A stretch of DNA of 64,000 bases from Balanoglossus misakiensis (Eukaryota > Animalia > Hemichordata). Of the stretch, positions 28,668 to 41,281 are shown in pieces. The DNA is taken from assembly GCA_040954595.2 (NCBI GenBank), contig CM082584.2, positions 1,412,281 through 1,476,280 on the forward strand, given 5' to 3'. The position numbers and the translations under genes were made by a program. A model generated the notes under the pieces. The model was not told the DNA's origin. It was given only the letters and a program-made list of their open reading frames with translations, and did not search any database. Positions within the stretch are counted from its first letter, which is position 1, and each line of letters begins with the position of its first letter.

Positions 28668-30399
28668 ATCGAAACACCCTTACGGAGGTCCTATACATAT
28701 AGTATGTTGCTTGAGAGGTCACATTCAACACTGCCCCGCGTCAAAGTGCTTCACCGTAGGCAAACCAAACTTGGCACAGTTATAGCTAATACATAGACCA
28801 TGTGAAAAACCGTATTTACGCTTCTGCTCAAGACCCTCTAATTTTTGTATCGCTTCTCAAAAATTAGCATTCACATTCATAACATCGCACGATCGAGTCA
28901 CTGCCACATCGCCAGTATGCAGGGTTTCAAAATAATTTATTACAGCTAAAACGAGCGTCATAAAGCGTAAGACAACATCCTTTTAGACAATAATTGATGG
29001 AAAACGAACCTTGTCATCCAAAATTAAAGCGTGTACACCTCTTTTCATGCCAGCATGCAGGTTTCAAGTTTTCGGTAGGCCGCCATATTGGATAGAAGTG
29101 AAAACGAGGCTCTCTGTTGTAAGATTTTGGCGAATTTCAATAGGCTGAGATCAGACTGGTTGGACATGTACGAATATGAAGAGACGATATCAGTTTGTTC
29201 ATGTCTTCCTTTAGTAAAAAATCTTTTTTGAACTTTGTATAGAATTCATTGAACTTTACTTTAGCTTATGAACTCTCATTTGCACATCGTCATCTTGAAA
29301 TTGTGTCGACTTTATCATAAGGTTTTTATAACTCAACTAGGTCGCAAAACCTATTTAAGTTAGTGAGAATAGGACGTTCACCTTTTGGGTTGATGGCTAC
29401 AGCCGTTAATCCTGACTCATACACATGTTGCAGCCAGTATACTCTGCAGACATTGGACACAATAGTTTTACGAACCATTAAATTTTATTGGACCATCAAG
29501 TTTATTGACCCATGACGTTCATATAGATTTTATGACACGACTGACGCTATAATCGGTCCTTACCTTTGGCGAGCCAAGTGTTTTATAACATCATAAGATA
29601 TTAATACCTATCACCCAGTCAAACGATTTCAAGTTATAAAATTTCCACGCCAATAGGACGCCTTTAGGTGGAAATGCAACCAGGTATCCTAAATAGGAAA
29701 ATATTCCGGGTATCTGTCAAGTTTAGTCCCATATTTAGGGGACCAAGAGCCCTCAGGCGCTTGGTCCCCTTCTCTTATTGCTGGAGTTTGTCTTCTTTCT
29801 TCTTGAGTCGTTTTTTTGCGCCCGTTTTTCTCTGAAATTCCGGCAGGTGCGCCTCCAAATTTGGCACGGTGGTTGGGGCCCATGAGTACTGGTGCACCTG
29901 CCCTTTGAATTTGTAATTAGTCACGTGACTTTGTGGCTATAATCGAGCGAAATTTTCAAATTGACCTAATTTGCACGTTAATGGGGGCATGTACATTCTT
30001 TTCGCGATTTTTGTAGACCATGTGGCCAAAATCCCCTGTGCCAAATTTCAAGGTCCTAGGCCACGTCGATTTTGAGAAGAAGATTTTTGTAATATTTTTT
30101 CGCATTTTTTGGTGGGCTGAGGACGGACACTGGGGCATCGGACTTTGACCGTCATTACGTAATGTTGTGGAGATCTCATTAGCAGGCTACTCACTTCTGG
30201 CGGGTTGCAGTAGTCCTTGGAAAATCGGCTGAAATACGTAAACAGACCAGTGATTATTTTCCACGGAATGAATTTTGGGACAACACATTATCGGAGTTCA
30301 GGCTGTGTTAGGGCGTTTTATTGAATTACGCTGAGTTTGGATTGACCACTGTGTTACCACTAAAATTTTTTATAGCAATGTTCTTTCAATTTCGAGTCT

Positions 30400-32860
30400 T
30401 TGCAATGTTGTTGACTCCGACCATATTCCTGTTTCAATAGAGGTTCATTTCAACACTTCTGCTGATGAATGCTTCAGCAGTAGTTCCTTCAAGCAATGTA
30501 ATTTTCGAGTTGATTGGAAAAAATTGTCACAGCAGAATATATCCGCCTACACCCGTTGTACCAAAGCCAAGGTTGATAAGATTAATATATCCGAAGAGTT
30601 ATTCTGCACTAATGTGAACTGTACATACCCTTCGCATTTACAGGCAATTGATACTTGTTATAGTAGTGTTGTGGACGCATTGAATTGTGCTGCAAAAGAT
30701 ACCATTAGGCGTAAGTTTCACCAGAAAGTTCATGTTGTGCCTGGCTGGAACGATTTTGTAAAAGAAAGTCACGACTATGCCCGTTCCATGTTTTTATTAT
30801 GGGTTAATGGGGGTAAACCTTAACAAGGCCCGCTTTTTGAAACCATGAAATCTTCCAGAGCTCGTTTTAAGTATGCTTTACGTGCTTGTAAAAAGATTGA
30901 GAATCAAAATAGGGCTGACAAGATGGCTGACAATTTACGCTGCCACAAACAGAACGACTTCTGGAAGGAAGTCAGAAAGCAAACTAGCAGAAAAATGCCG
31001 CTTTCTGACACTGTAGGTGGAGCGACTGGTGAGAGTGAAATTGCAATTATGTGGCACAAGCATTTCAGTGATATTTTGAATTCTGTCCAGGCTCAGACTG
31101 GTAAAAATGACATCGAGGAGAAAATGAAGTATGTTAAATTTTCTTCTGATATGTATGTTTCTGAAGAAGAAGTAATTTCTGCTATACATAAGTTACCTGA
31201 CGATAAGACAGCTGGCATTGACAATATTTCAGCTGAGCACCTCAAATTCTCAGACTCCTCTATTTTACCCATTTTGACTTGATTGTTCATGGTTACCTGC
31301 AAACTGAGGCTATCAAAGTTATTTTAGTTCCAATTAAGGATAAAACTAAGCTTTGTAGTGATGCCAGTAACTACCGGCCGATAGCACTAGCAACTGTTTT
31401 CTCTAAAGTTTTTGAGCCTATTTTACTTTCTCGTTGTGAGGAGTTTCTTACCTCTCATTATTTACAATTTGGTTTCAAGCGAGAACATTCAACTGACCTG
31501 TGTTTATTTGCATTTAAAGAAATCATTAGCTACTACACCAGCAATGGAAGACCAGTGTTTACTTGTTTTCTGGATGCTTCAAAAGCTTTTGACAGAGTTA
31601 ATCACTTTAAACTGGTTAACAAGCTCATCGACAGGAATGTTCCCTTGTATGCTGTACGAATTTTATATTAAAGGTCCCATGCCATGCCCTATACAACCAC
31701 GCGTAAAATCACTATTTGGGTCTTGAAGTTAACGTATGTTACTATCTTGCAATGCGTTTTGCCCCTTGTGCTTAGATAACAAGCAAGTAAAAGTGGCGGG
31801 TGGGCGTGTACCCCTAACCCAACTCAGTCGATTTTTTTGGCTTTTCGAAGTTAAGCCGAAGACTTATCTTGATGTGGACAAATAGTCTTTCACACCTTTG
31901 TAAATCCTCTGCCTGCAATGTGAGGCAAGGGCTTCCTTTGCTTTGAACACTGTTTATATAGCTTATCTTTGTCTGTGGACTTAATTACTCATGGACCGAT
32001 AATTACACTTTACTGTAAACAGAATGGTACACTACGACATAGTGTACTTGTTTGTCCATATGCAAATACCTTCGCCTGGCTCGAGTGCGAAGTGGCTCCC
32101 CGATCACAGGCATGAAAAAAGGTGGCAAATTCCGGCATTCGTGCACATTTTTCGGAACCGACACAATAGGCAATGCATAGACAGGTACCCTAGGTGAGCT
32201 TTTGACGTGGAAAAATGAAAACTTTCCAAAGCATGACATGTGACCTTTAATGGTACAGAAATCAATTGTTTACTGTGTTGTGGGGTAATGAAACCTCAGA
32301 GTTGTTTTCTGTTTCTAACGGTGTAAGACAAGGGGGAGTACTCTCTCCCTATCTTTTTAATGTCTACATTGATGATCTTATCAATGCACTCTGTAAAGCC
32401 AAAGTTGGCTGTACCATGTGTGGTGTCAGCGCTAACACTTTAGGTTACGCTGACGACATGACTCTACTCAGTCCAAGTATTAAGGGTCTACACCGTCTTC
32501 TTAGAATTTGTGAAATTTATGGCAAGGATTATGATATAATTTATAATTCTAGTAAAACTGTGTGCATGCTTTTTAATGGGAAGAATATGAGCGTTCAAAG
32601 AATTCCTTCGGTTAAACTTAATGACATCACTTTAAAGTTTGTACCTGTACACACCTATCTGGGCCATGTTATATCTTGTGAGGGTTGTGATAATGAAGAT
32701 ATTGAACGACAGAGAAGAGCATTTTGTGTTAGAGCAAACATGCTATTGAGACATTTTCAACATTTTAGTCAAGATGTGAAGAAAGTTTTATTTTTGGCAT
32801 ATTGTAGTAATATTTACTGTTGCAGTTTGTGGGCATCCTTTAAAGTAAAACCGGTGAAAA
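30400..32860 (+). pseudogene. Non-LTR retrotransposon ORF2 remnant (APE C-terminus + reverse transcriptase), RTE-X-like; stops, frameshift and MITE insertion
   Basis: DSDHIP endonuclease end (~30413), then NYRPIAL, QFGFK, FLDASKAFDRVNH, GVRQGGVLSP and YADD across ORFs 30524, 30845, 31279 and 32266. No 3' tail is seen. Confidence 0.9.
31672..32246. mobile_element. 575-bp TTAA-targeted non-autonomous element (Kolobok-type ends) inserted in the LINE RT
   Basis: TTAA|AGGTCCCATGCCATGC ... GCATGACATGTGACCT|TTAA (14/16 TIR match). Removing it rejoins RT sequence RILY*WYRNQLFTVLWG. Confidence 0.9.
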
Positions 32861-33564
32861 AATTTAAAACAGTGGACTTTGACCCTAAGTCGCTAATGTT
32901 GTGGGAGGTTTCATTAGCATTGTAGTCACATGTAGTGGATAGTAGTTTGGGAAATTGGCTGAAATACGTCAGCAGACCAGTGATTTTCTTGCACGACAGG
33001 AGTATGGTACCAGCAATAATCAGAGATCAGGCTTCGTTGCCGTTCAAAAGTTCCTACTTCAGTCGTGATGTTGCAACTGGACGTTCAGTATGGGGGTCGG
33101 CCCGCAGGTGGCCGTGTGGGTTATCAGGTCGCCCGTAACGGCACGCAGCTACATGCAGCTGTATGGGACTAAAATAATACACCCGATTCGGGTGTCACCT
33201 GTGACACCTGCATAACTCAATAATTATGTGCATGCGTAATTGTGGGGTCAATGAAAGGGGTGGTAGCGTGCTATTTGTTGCACATGGATCAATATGAAGT
33301 CCGATTTTCCCGTCAAGTTGTGGGCGACCTTATGTGACCTTTCACCTACTTTTGCTTAGTGAGCATCCACAGCAGATGCATGCAGCTTTGGCTTGGGAGG
33401 GGGGGGGGCATATACGGATGGGACCATAATGATATACCAAAGGCGGGGTCGTCTGTTGCACCTGCCTAAGTCATTGATTTTGTACATTTAATTGGACACT
33501 AACCAACAGGGCGATAGGTGTGGTTTTTGTTCCACAGGGACGAATGTAAGTGTCAGTTGGTTTT

Positions 33565-34744
33565 TGCCCAAATGTCCATTGAGGCCTGTATCCGTGATCT
33601 TAAGGACTGGATGACCCAAAACAAGCTTCAACTCAACGACTCCAAAAACTGAGATTCTACTTATTCGTTCACAATTTCATCACTCTGCTGATGCTATTGA
33701 CAAGATTACCATTGGTTCAAGCTCTGTTCCCGTCGTTAAATCAGCTCGCAATATTGGTGTAATATTTAAGCAATAAAACACCCCCAGCCATGGTATATCA
33801 CGAGATTTTGACCAGTTCACGACATATACGCACGAGCGATAGCGAGTGCGTATATGGAGTTGAACTGGTCAAAATCGAGTGGTATACCATGGCTGGGGGT
33901 GTTTTATTGCTATTATATTATGCCAGTATATTGAAACTTTGCATAAAACATTTTAAAAAGGCATTTTCTTTAACTATGATATATGACTGTGGTATATGGC
34001 TAATATATCACGGTCACGTGTCGTGTCTCGACCAATCAAATAGCGTGATTTACACCATCAATATACTGGTATAATATAATTGACAATACGCACATGTATA
34101 AAGATCACATCAAGAAAACTTGTCAATCAATATATTACCACTTTCGCCGTGTCGGACAAATCAGGAAATTTCTTAACAAAGCAACATGTCAAACAGTGAT
34201 TCATGCTATTTTGGCAGCGAAACTCGACTATGGTAATGCATTACTGTATGGTATACCAGAACGCAGTCTGAACCTTCTACAACGCACACAAAATACAGCT
34301 GCAAGAATCATAACTCGGTCCAGGAAGTCTGCCCATATAACGCCAGTTCTTCAACTTCTTCATTGGTTACCAGTTTGCCACAGGATAGAGTATAAAATAA
34401 ATCTGCTCACATACAAAGCCTTAAATAATCTCGCTCCGAACTATATCCGCGATCTCATTCGGACATATTCTCCTGGTCGCAGGCTTCGTTCAGCTAATAA
34501 GAGCCTTTTATGCACTACAATGTACAAACGTTCTTCATACGGTGGCCGAGCATTCTCTCATGCTGCAACGAAACTGTGGAACATTCGTCAAGCTCCAAGT
34601 TTGAGTATCTTTAAGAAAAGACTGAAGACGCATTATTTCGCAAGAGCATATGGTGTGGGCCAATGAGCACAAGCGCCTTTGAGTATGACACTTGTTATAG
34701 ATACTGGCGCTATACAAATTTCTCTGATTGATTGATTGATTGAT
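33565..34744 (+). pseudogene. 5'-truncated L2/CR1-group LINE (end of RT, C-terminal domain, microsatellite tail)
   Basis: IRDLKDWMTQNKLQLNDSK, RNIGVIFD, KLDYGNALLYG, LQRTQNTAARII, HITPVLQLLHWLPV and FKKRLKTHYF are present, ending in an (ATTG)n tail at ~34725-34744. Confidence 0.9.
33767..34080. mobile_element. 314-bp TSD-less insertion carrying a long hairpin
   Basis: Inverted arms AGCAATAAAACACCCCCAGCCATGGTATA ... TATACCATGGCTGGGGGTGTTTTATTGCT (33769-33911). Excision restores the LINE frame GTA ATA TTT GAC (VIFD) with no duplication. Confidence 0.8.
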
Positions 34745-35524
34745 GTATAAGGTGATTTGGATGACCTCTGTCATAGAGTGCCATATCTCATCCCGTTGTA
34801 CAGGTGCAGCTTTGGTATTTGGAGGGATGAAACTATCATGAAATGCCAAATACAGGGGGATACCTTTGACACCTGCTTGATTCATGTATTACGTGCATAC
34901 CTAATGTTAGGCAAAGTGAAAGGGCTGCAAATGTAGGATTTGTTGCACAAGACATAAACAGGAATGAAATTTTTCTGTCAAATTTTTGAATGACCTCAGG
35001 TGTCCATTGACCTGCTTTCCATATGTTAGCATGCACATCATATATAGCCACGTGTTTGGAGGGGTAGGGTAGGACCGTCATGAAATGCTAAATTCCTAGG
35101 GCCACCTGTAACTTACTTGCGTAACTCATTATTATGGCCATACCTAATTTTAAAAACCCAAAGGGCGAGAATTTTCCGTTGTCTTGAATATGAACCAAAT
35201 AGGAATCCAAATTTTTGGCCCAATTTTTGGGTACCCTCAGCTGACCTTTGAAGTACTTAACTGAAGTCCTTACATAACGTAGAAGTTCACTTGTGGTTGT
35301 TGTGTTTGTACTTGTAGGACATCCATTTCGGGTGGTTGCCTACTTCCCCATATCTCCACATCCAGAGCAAATACAGCCTACGCAATTGAATGGTACAACC
35401 CTGAATGGAGTCTAATGGTTATTATCTCTATGCTTGGGCCCCTTCAATGCTGCTTGGAGCTTTAATTATTACTATTATTATTGTCACGATATAAAGACAC
35501 CAACTAAAAACTTACAAAATCACA

Positions 35525-36645
35525 ATGTCTTCACAACTCAAAATTTCACTCACTTCTTTTAGTTTGGTAGCCACCCCTCCTTTCTGTCCTAGCATAACAG
35601 GAGCACCATCACTGCCCAAAGCAGACAGACGATCTCTTAAGACAATACCATTCTCTGAAGAAAACTCTTTCACTGACTGTGCAATGGTGTCTGCTCTGCC
35701 ATCACCAACCTAAAACAGTGAAAATAAAACCTTGATGTTAACACATGCAATGTACAACTCAATGTTTGTCTCACCTGAAATAACTAGTCAGCAAAATCAA
35801 TTAAATGAGGTCACTCAAAAACATGTTTAATCGTATGTTTTTAATTCAGTGTAGACTTAAAAATTGAAAAACTTTCCACTTACTTCTTTAACTCCAAGGA
35901 AAGACACAACTGACTTCCCAGACTTCAAGGTGTACTTGGAATAGATGATTAATTGCTTCAATACAGCCACATCAGTTGTTTTCATCTATTAACAGTGAAT
36001 AGAAGTTACTTCCTTTCATCTTCTCTAAAATCTCATCACGGATGACTTTGCCTGAAAAATGAAATAAATGAAAATTACTCTTCAGATTAAACTTATCAAA
36101 ATTCACAGTAATTTGTACAGTAATTATTCTTTATTGAGTGTAACACTATTGCTTAAACAGTGATCCTTTCTTGAAAACAACCAGGTTTAAATAAATGTTA
36201 CTACATTGCCTACAATTTAGATCTGCACAAAAATCAGTAGACCTACTTACCAATGCAATAAACCATTATAGTTGTGGTCATCACTGCTGAGAGTACCAAG
36301 GAATGAACACCCGAGGGACTTTGCCAATTCCAAAACATGGATGAAGTTGGTGGTGTGCGGCAATTCTCTGTGCATGAGAAAATACATGCATCGTAGGACG
36401 CCGATGCATGAAGGCTTGCGTCTCAAAGGTGATGACCTTGTCAAATGCAGCCACAAGACCGCTGCTGTTCTCCATAACTGCTGCCTCGGCGTCAAGCTGC
36501 ATTGCCGCCCGGTCGATAATCGTCTCTTCATGCTGCTTGAGTTTGTCTTCGCGAAGGGTGGTACATGTACATGGAGATGTTGTAACCCAAGTCCCTCCGC
36601 ACTTGGCCTTCTGCTTGTGTTTTGTACAAAGGCGACAAAACATCC
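35525..36645 (-). pseudogene. Intron-containing hAT-family (ZNF862/Tip100-like) transposase remnant
   Basis: Minus-strand segments read MFCRLCTKH (TTF/BED-like zinc finger), LRCMYFLMHRELPHTTNF, FYSLLIDE/TTDVAVLKQLII and ALGSDGAPVMLGQKGGVATKLK. GT-AG boundaries lie at about 36646, 36250/36052 and 35883/35710. Frameshifts are present. Confidence 0.8.
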
Positions 36646-38979
36646 CTAAACTGAATAAATATCATTCTCTCAAATGCCAGCCGCATGCGGGAGCGTGCAC
36701 CAGAAACAATAAATATTTACCAAGGCGGGAATGAAAAGAAAGCAGGGCGGCGCGTAAGATAGCAGGGTGGCAAAAAATAAAGGAGGGCGGGCCTGCCCAG
36801 CTAACCCCCCCCCCCCAAAGTATTAACGCTCTGTGTTTACCATAGACTAATAGTGTCTCAAATTTTACCCTGTGTGAACCTGGTAAGAGACGTGTCTCAA
36901 ATCTGAGAAGATTCAGGACCACTTAAACCATTCACCAATAATAATTTATGCCAGTATTTGATCTGAGACGTTTTAGCAATTTCTTGTGTGACCCCAATAT
37001 CAGTTGAAGCTGACAAATCCAGTATTTTGAATTTTTACATGGATTTTGTATACAGTGTGAATTGTAATTAAAGCTCCATTACCTTTACCTTTTTCCTATG
37101 TTTTCAGTATCTTTGTTTAGCAGTTTCTTGTGCAAATTCCCGAAACATGATGAAACATATATGTGTATGGTCAGCATTGTTATTGTGCCAAATTGGAATT
37201 TAAGTCCAGACTAGAATCCATGAATTATTGTCAACAATGACAATGGCCATTATACACATACATTCTGTGCTGACAAGTAACAATCTGTGTGGAGTAGAAC
37301 ATGAAATCGCATTTGCTACATAGAACAAAAATACTGGAAATAAAGCCAAAAGATACAACGAATGTATATTTAACTTTAACTGCATTCTCATTCTCATCTG
37401 TATATATTTTACTGAGATTGTTTCATCAGGGTTTATCAGTATTCTAAACCAGCTTATGTGTGCATACAATCTGATTAAAATCAGATGTAGGGTACGGCGA
37501 CGTCTTTTACTTCGCAGTACGGTATTCTTATACTGTCGCCTCACACTACATCTGACCAACTCCCATAGAAGCTCCCGTTGAAAACTCTAGTAAACCAATC
37601 AGACGGTGCCTTATAGAGAACTTTAGGTATCCTTCAGTTTTGATTGACATAACGTGCAATCTGATTGGCTTGGCCGCAACGGGACGTTGAACAAGCTTCT
37701 ATATCTGATTCATATAATACTGAAAGGGTTAAGAATGGCACACACTACATGTATGAGCTCATGGAATGTGTTTCTTCCCATAGGATAACATTGAGAATTG
37801 ATAGAAAACCCTTTTCTACTATTGTAATTTTAAGAAGTTTCACTCATAACTCATCCAAATGAAATTAAATTGAGTGATTCATATAAGTTGTAGGCTCACC
37901 ACTGTGCTCAGTTTTGAGATAAACTTAAATGTGTCCATGCCTATAGAAAAATAACATAGAAAGACCTATGGTGAAAAATGTTGACTTTAATTCAGGCTGC
38001 ATTAGTGGAAAAATAATCATACTTTGTCTGGCATAGAAACTCAGAATCTACAAAAAAGGCCTTTAAAACATGAATGGAAATGAAAATACTGCTACAATAA
38101 GAAATTCTTACCTTGAATAAAGTATTTATTGGTACCACCACTTCCATAAAGAAACCACTTTGCTGGTGTAATGAGTTGTCAATCTGGGTTTGCTCATTGG
38201 CCTTGCTTTGAGTTCCAATTCATGATGATGGTGTATTAGGACACTGGACTTGAAACAGGTGTATGCTGGTATTATACACGTTGAAAGTATTGTCATTCTT
38301 TTAATTGTGGATTTTTGGATTATGCTGTGTATGTATAATGAGAATCCGTTAAAAATTGTAGGGGTCATTGCCCTTTTTAAAAAAAATACAGAGCCATGAA
38401 TTTAGTTGATAATAGAAGAAATTTGCTGTCTCAGCATTTTTCACCAATGCTTTGTCTATGGGCGAAGATTTTAACGCAATTTATCTCATAATAGAGCTTG
38501 GTGACCACATAATTTTTTTTGACCAATGAATTTACGTTTACTTGACTGAGGTATGTGTAAAATTTCGTGAAAAAGACAATAGTAGAAGTTTGTTTTCTGG
38601 CAATTATCGATGTAATCCTTTCAGGAACAGACACACATGCACTGTTTATCAGTTTATGTTGTGCGTGTACATCCTTAAATGGTAGTTGCCTCTCATGCCT
38701 TCCAAATTGTGATTCTGTTCTAGTGTTTTTGTTAAGGGCGGTACCTAGATAAAATCTACCGGAGTACCCCAGTCACTCCGAATTAAAACAACAGAACAAG
38801 GCCAATGTCACAGTGGTCAGGCAGTCTACCAGAGTTCCCCAGTCATTTTACCGGGGTTCCCCTGGGTGTATCAATGTGGTTATATTAGGAGGTTATAGGA
38901 ATATTAACGGGGTTCCCAAATCCATTACCAGTGTTCCCCGACCTTTGCAAAAACACTGTGTTCTTTTTATCCTCCACAG

Positions 38980-39200
38980 GAAGAGACAAAGAAAAGCATA
39001 GCAACCTCTGCTGATACTGCCACAACAAGCACAAGCACAAACACACCCCAGCCTGTAGCTTCTGCGAACCAACAACCCCCACCCTATCCAGCCGCAGCAT
39101 ACCAGCAACACTTCCAGCAGATGTCATACCCGAACCCATTCGTGTCTCAGTACGCTGCGTTTGCAGGAGCCGGACAGCCGCCACGATATAACATCAATTA
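38980..39200 (+). other. Possible orphan exon encoding a T/S/P/Q/Y-rich low-complexity peptide
   Basis: Acceptor TTCTTTTTATCCTCCACAG|G followed by an open frame, EETKKSIATSADTATTSTSTNTPQPVASANQQPPPYPAAAYQQHFQQMSYPNPF. No partner exons were identified. Confidence 0.35.
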
Positions 39201-40660
39201 TATTTGTTTTCTGAAAATGCCTATTGTTGACCAAAAGATGGCTAAATGGCAATTTTGTACTGAGCGGGGTGTCTCAATAAGACCGTTGTGCTGGTATCAG
39301 CATATTTTTTGCACACACACACACAAAAAAAACGAATTTACATACATCACAAGGGCTCTGAATATAAAGGAATAAGTTTGTATTTATTTTTTCTAACAGT
39401 TACCTTTTTGAGCAAAGAGGCCAAAATGATATTTTTTTCCCTCAGTGGGGTCAGTAAGAGTGGGTTTTTTAGTACTTTTATTTATCATTTGATCACCAAT
39501 GGGAAGAAAATGGCATAATTTTCGTATTTTCTAGAAATGACACTTTTTGGGCAAAAACTTGCCAAAAAGGCACTTTTATCTTGAGTGGCATCAATAAAAC
39601 TGCTTTTTTGGAAACTTTTCACATACAGTGGGCATATAATTCATTATCAGATCTCCGAAAGTGAAGAAAATATATAAATTTTGAGTGTTTTCTGAAAATG
39701 ACGTTTTGGGGGCAAAAAGTGGCAAAATGGCATTTTTTCTTGAGTAGGATCAATAAGACTGCTATTTCTGGAATCAGCACCATTTTTTACATAGGATGAA
39801 CATTTCATATATAACATGATCTCTGAGCTTTATGAAGAAAAGTTTGTTTTTAATTTTTTTTCTAAAAATGGCCTTTTTGGGCAAAAACTTTCCAAAAGGG
39901 CATTTTTGCATTAGGTTGGGTCAATAAATCTGCTTTTTTCGAATAATCACCAGATTTTACATAGGGTGGGCATATAATACATTATCAGATCTCCGAAAGT
40001 GAAGAAAATATATAAATTTTGTGTGTTTTCTGAAAATGACGTTTTGGGGCAAAAAGTGGCAAAAATGGCATTTTTTTCTTGAGTAGGGTCAATAAGACTG
40101 CTATTTCTGGAATCAGCACCATTTTTTACATAGAATGGACATTTCATATATCCAATGATCTCTGAATATGATAAACACAATTTATTTTTAGTTTTTTTGT
40201 AAAAATGACCTTTTTTGACCACAAAAAGTGGCCAAAAATGGCATTTTTGTATTGATTGAGGTCAAAAAGACTGCTTTATTTTTTAAAGTCACCACTTTTA
40301 ACATAGAATTGACTTTCCATATATCACCAGATCAATCATTATGAAGAAAACCGTGTGTTTTATTTTTTTTCTAAAAATGACGTTTTTGGGGCAAAAATTG
40401 GTCAAAAAGGCAATTTTCTGTTGTTTTGGGTCAATCGAACTACTTTTTTCGTAATATTCACCAAATTTTACATAGAATAAGCATATCATATGTTATCAGA
40501 TCTCAGAATGTGACGAAAACAATGTGTTTTTAGTGTTTTCTAAAAAAGACCATTTTGGGGTTAAAAAAGGCCAAAATGGCAATTTTGTCTTGAGTGGGGT
40601 TAATAAGACTGACTTTTTTGGAATGAGCACCATTTTTTACATAGAATGGACTTCTCAAAC
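39200..40660. repeat. Diverged ~170-bp tandem repeat (~8-9 units, ~340-bp dimer)
   Basis: A TCAATAAGACTGC-like anchor recurs at ~39273, 39451, 39591, 39750, 39921, 40089, 40262, 40431 and 40601. Alternate units are more similar to each other (39640-39800 vs 39978-40140). Confidence 0.8.
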
Positions 40661-40777
40661 CTTCCTTACCAAAAATTCTGATTAACGGCACCTATCTCAT
40701 AGTGTAACCAGACTACAAGTGAAGAACCCCAGTAACAGACGTAACGAACAAACAAACTACATGTACTAACAACAAAG

Positions 40778-40890
40778 TATTCAAAGCCTTATCACATAGC
40801 GAGATTATTACGCCATGAATATTCATAAGACCAGTGTATATAAGTAAGAAGAGAATGCTACTTGTGGCCAATCCCTTGCTTCCAGACTTA
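40778..40890 (+). repeat. Split direct repeat A1 (113 bp)
   Basis: TATTCAAAGCCTTATCAC...TTCCAGACTTA, identical by eye to 46948-47060. Confidence 0.95.
40837..40844 (+). promoter_or_regulatory. Candidate TATA box in repeat A
   Basis: TATATAAG lies ~60 bp upstream of the leader-exon ATG at 40897. Position is the only evidence. Confidence 0.4.
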
Positions 40891-40896
40891 GAAGTG

Positions 40897-41133
40897 ATGA
40901 TGACTGACGGACGCAGTAATACTCCGGCTACCACAAGCTTGCCTTTATCGGCTACCACGGCCACTTTTACACAGGCTCATGTAGCAGGGCCTTCAGCTAG
41001 TCAAGGCAGCTCTACACGTGTTTCGGTGCAAGTCCCGGAAGGCGCAGCTTCTCAGGCTCAGGTGGTGGCAGGCGATACGCCCGCTCAGCATAATAATAGG
41101 GATGGCCAAGATCAGCGTTTATCGCAGCAGCAG
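40897..41133 (+). CDS. Putative leader exon (79 aa, T/S/A/Q-rich) of the YR retrotransposon
   Basis: ATG 7 bp after A1, open frame MMTDGRSNTPATTS...RLSQQQ, ending at a consensus donor CAG|GTAATT in phase 0. Confidence 0.65.
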
Positions 41134-41281
41134 GTAATTATCAGTTTTTGGCTCATTAGCGGAATGTAAATGTCCTTCGGTCTTTGGCTAGGTTTTGTAC
41201 ATACATGTTTCATCGGCCATATTTTGGTCGGTTTAGTTCGATTATGTTGTTATATTTATTGGGTGTACTGTTAACACTATT

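Larger units (their letters stand above)
29735..35467 (+). mobile_element. Putative Helentron/HINE-like element bracketing nested LINE fragments
   Basis: 5' hairpin AGGGGACCAAG...CTTGGTCCCCT (29737-29770); matching 3' subterminal inverted repeat CTTGGGCCCCT (35433-43), then a short imperfect hairpin GCTGCTTGGAGC and TTTAATT. Diverged internal repeats lie at ~30140-30265 and ~32875-32990. That both ends belong to one element is inferred. Confidence 0.5.

Noticed and set aside
36923-37732. Possible piggyBac-type MITE (TTAAACCATTCA...TGAAAGGGTTAA)
   Set aside because: The TIR match is too short and imperfect to support.
38756-38940. GTGTTCCCCG resembling a type I-E CRISPR repeat start
   Set aside because: Only short, degenerate, irregularly spaced motifs; no full repeat or constant spacer length.
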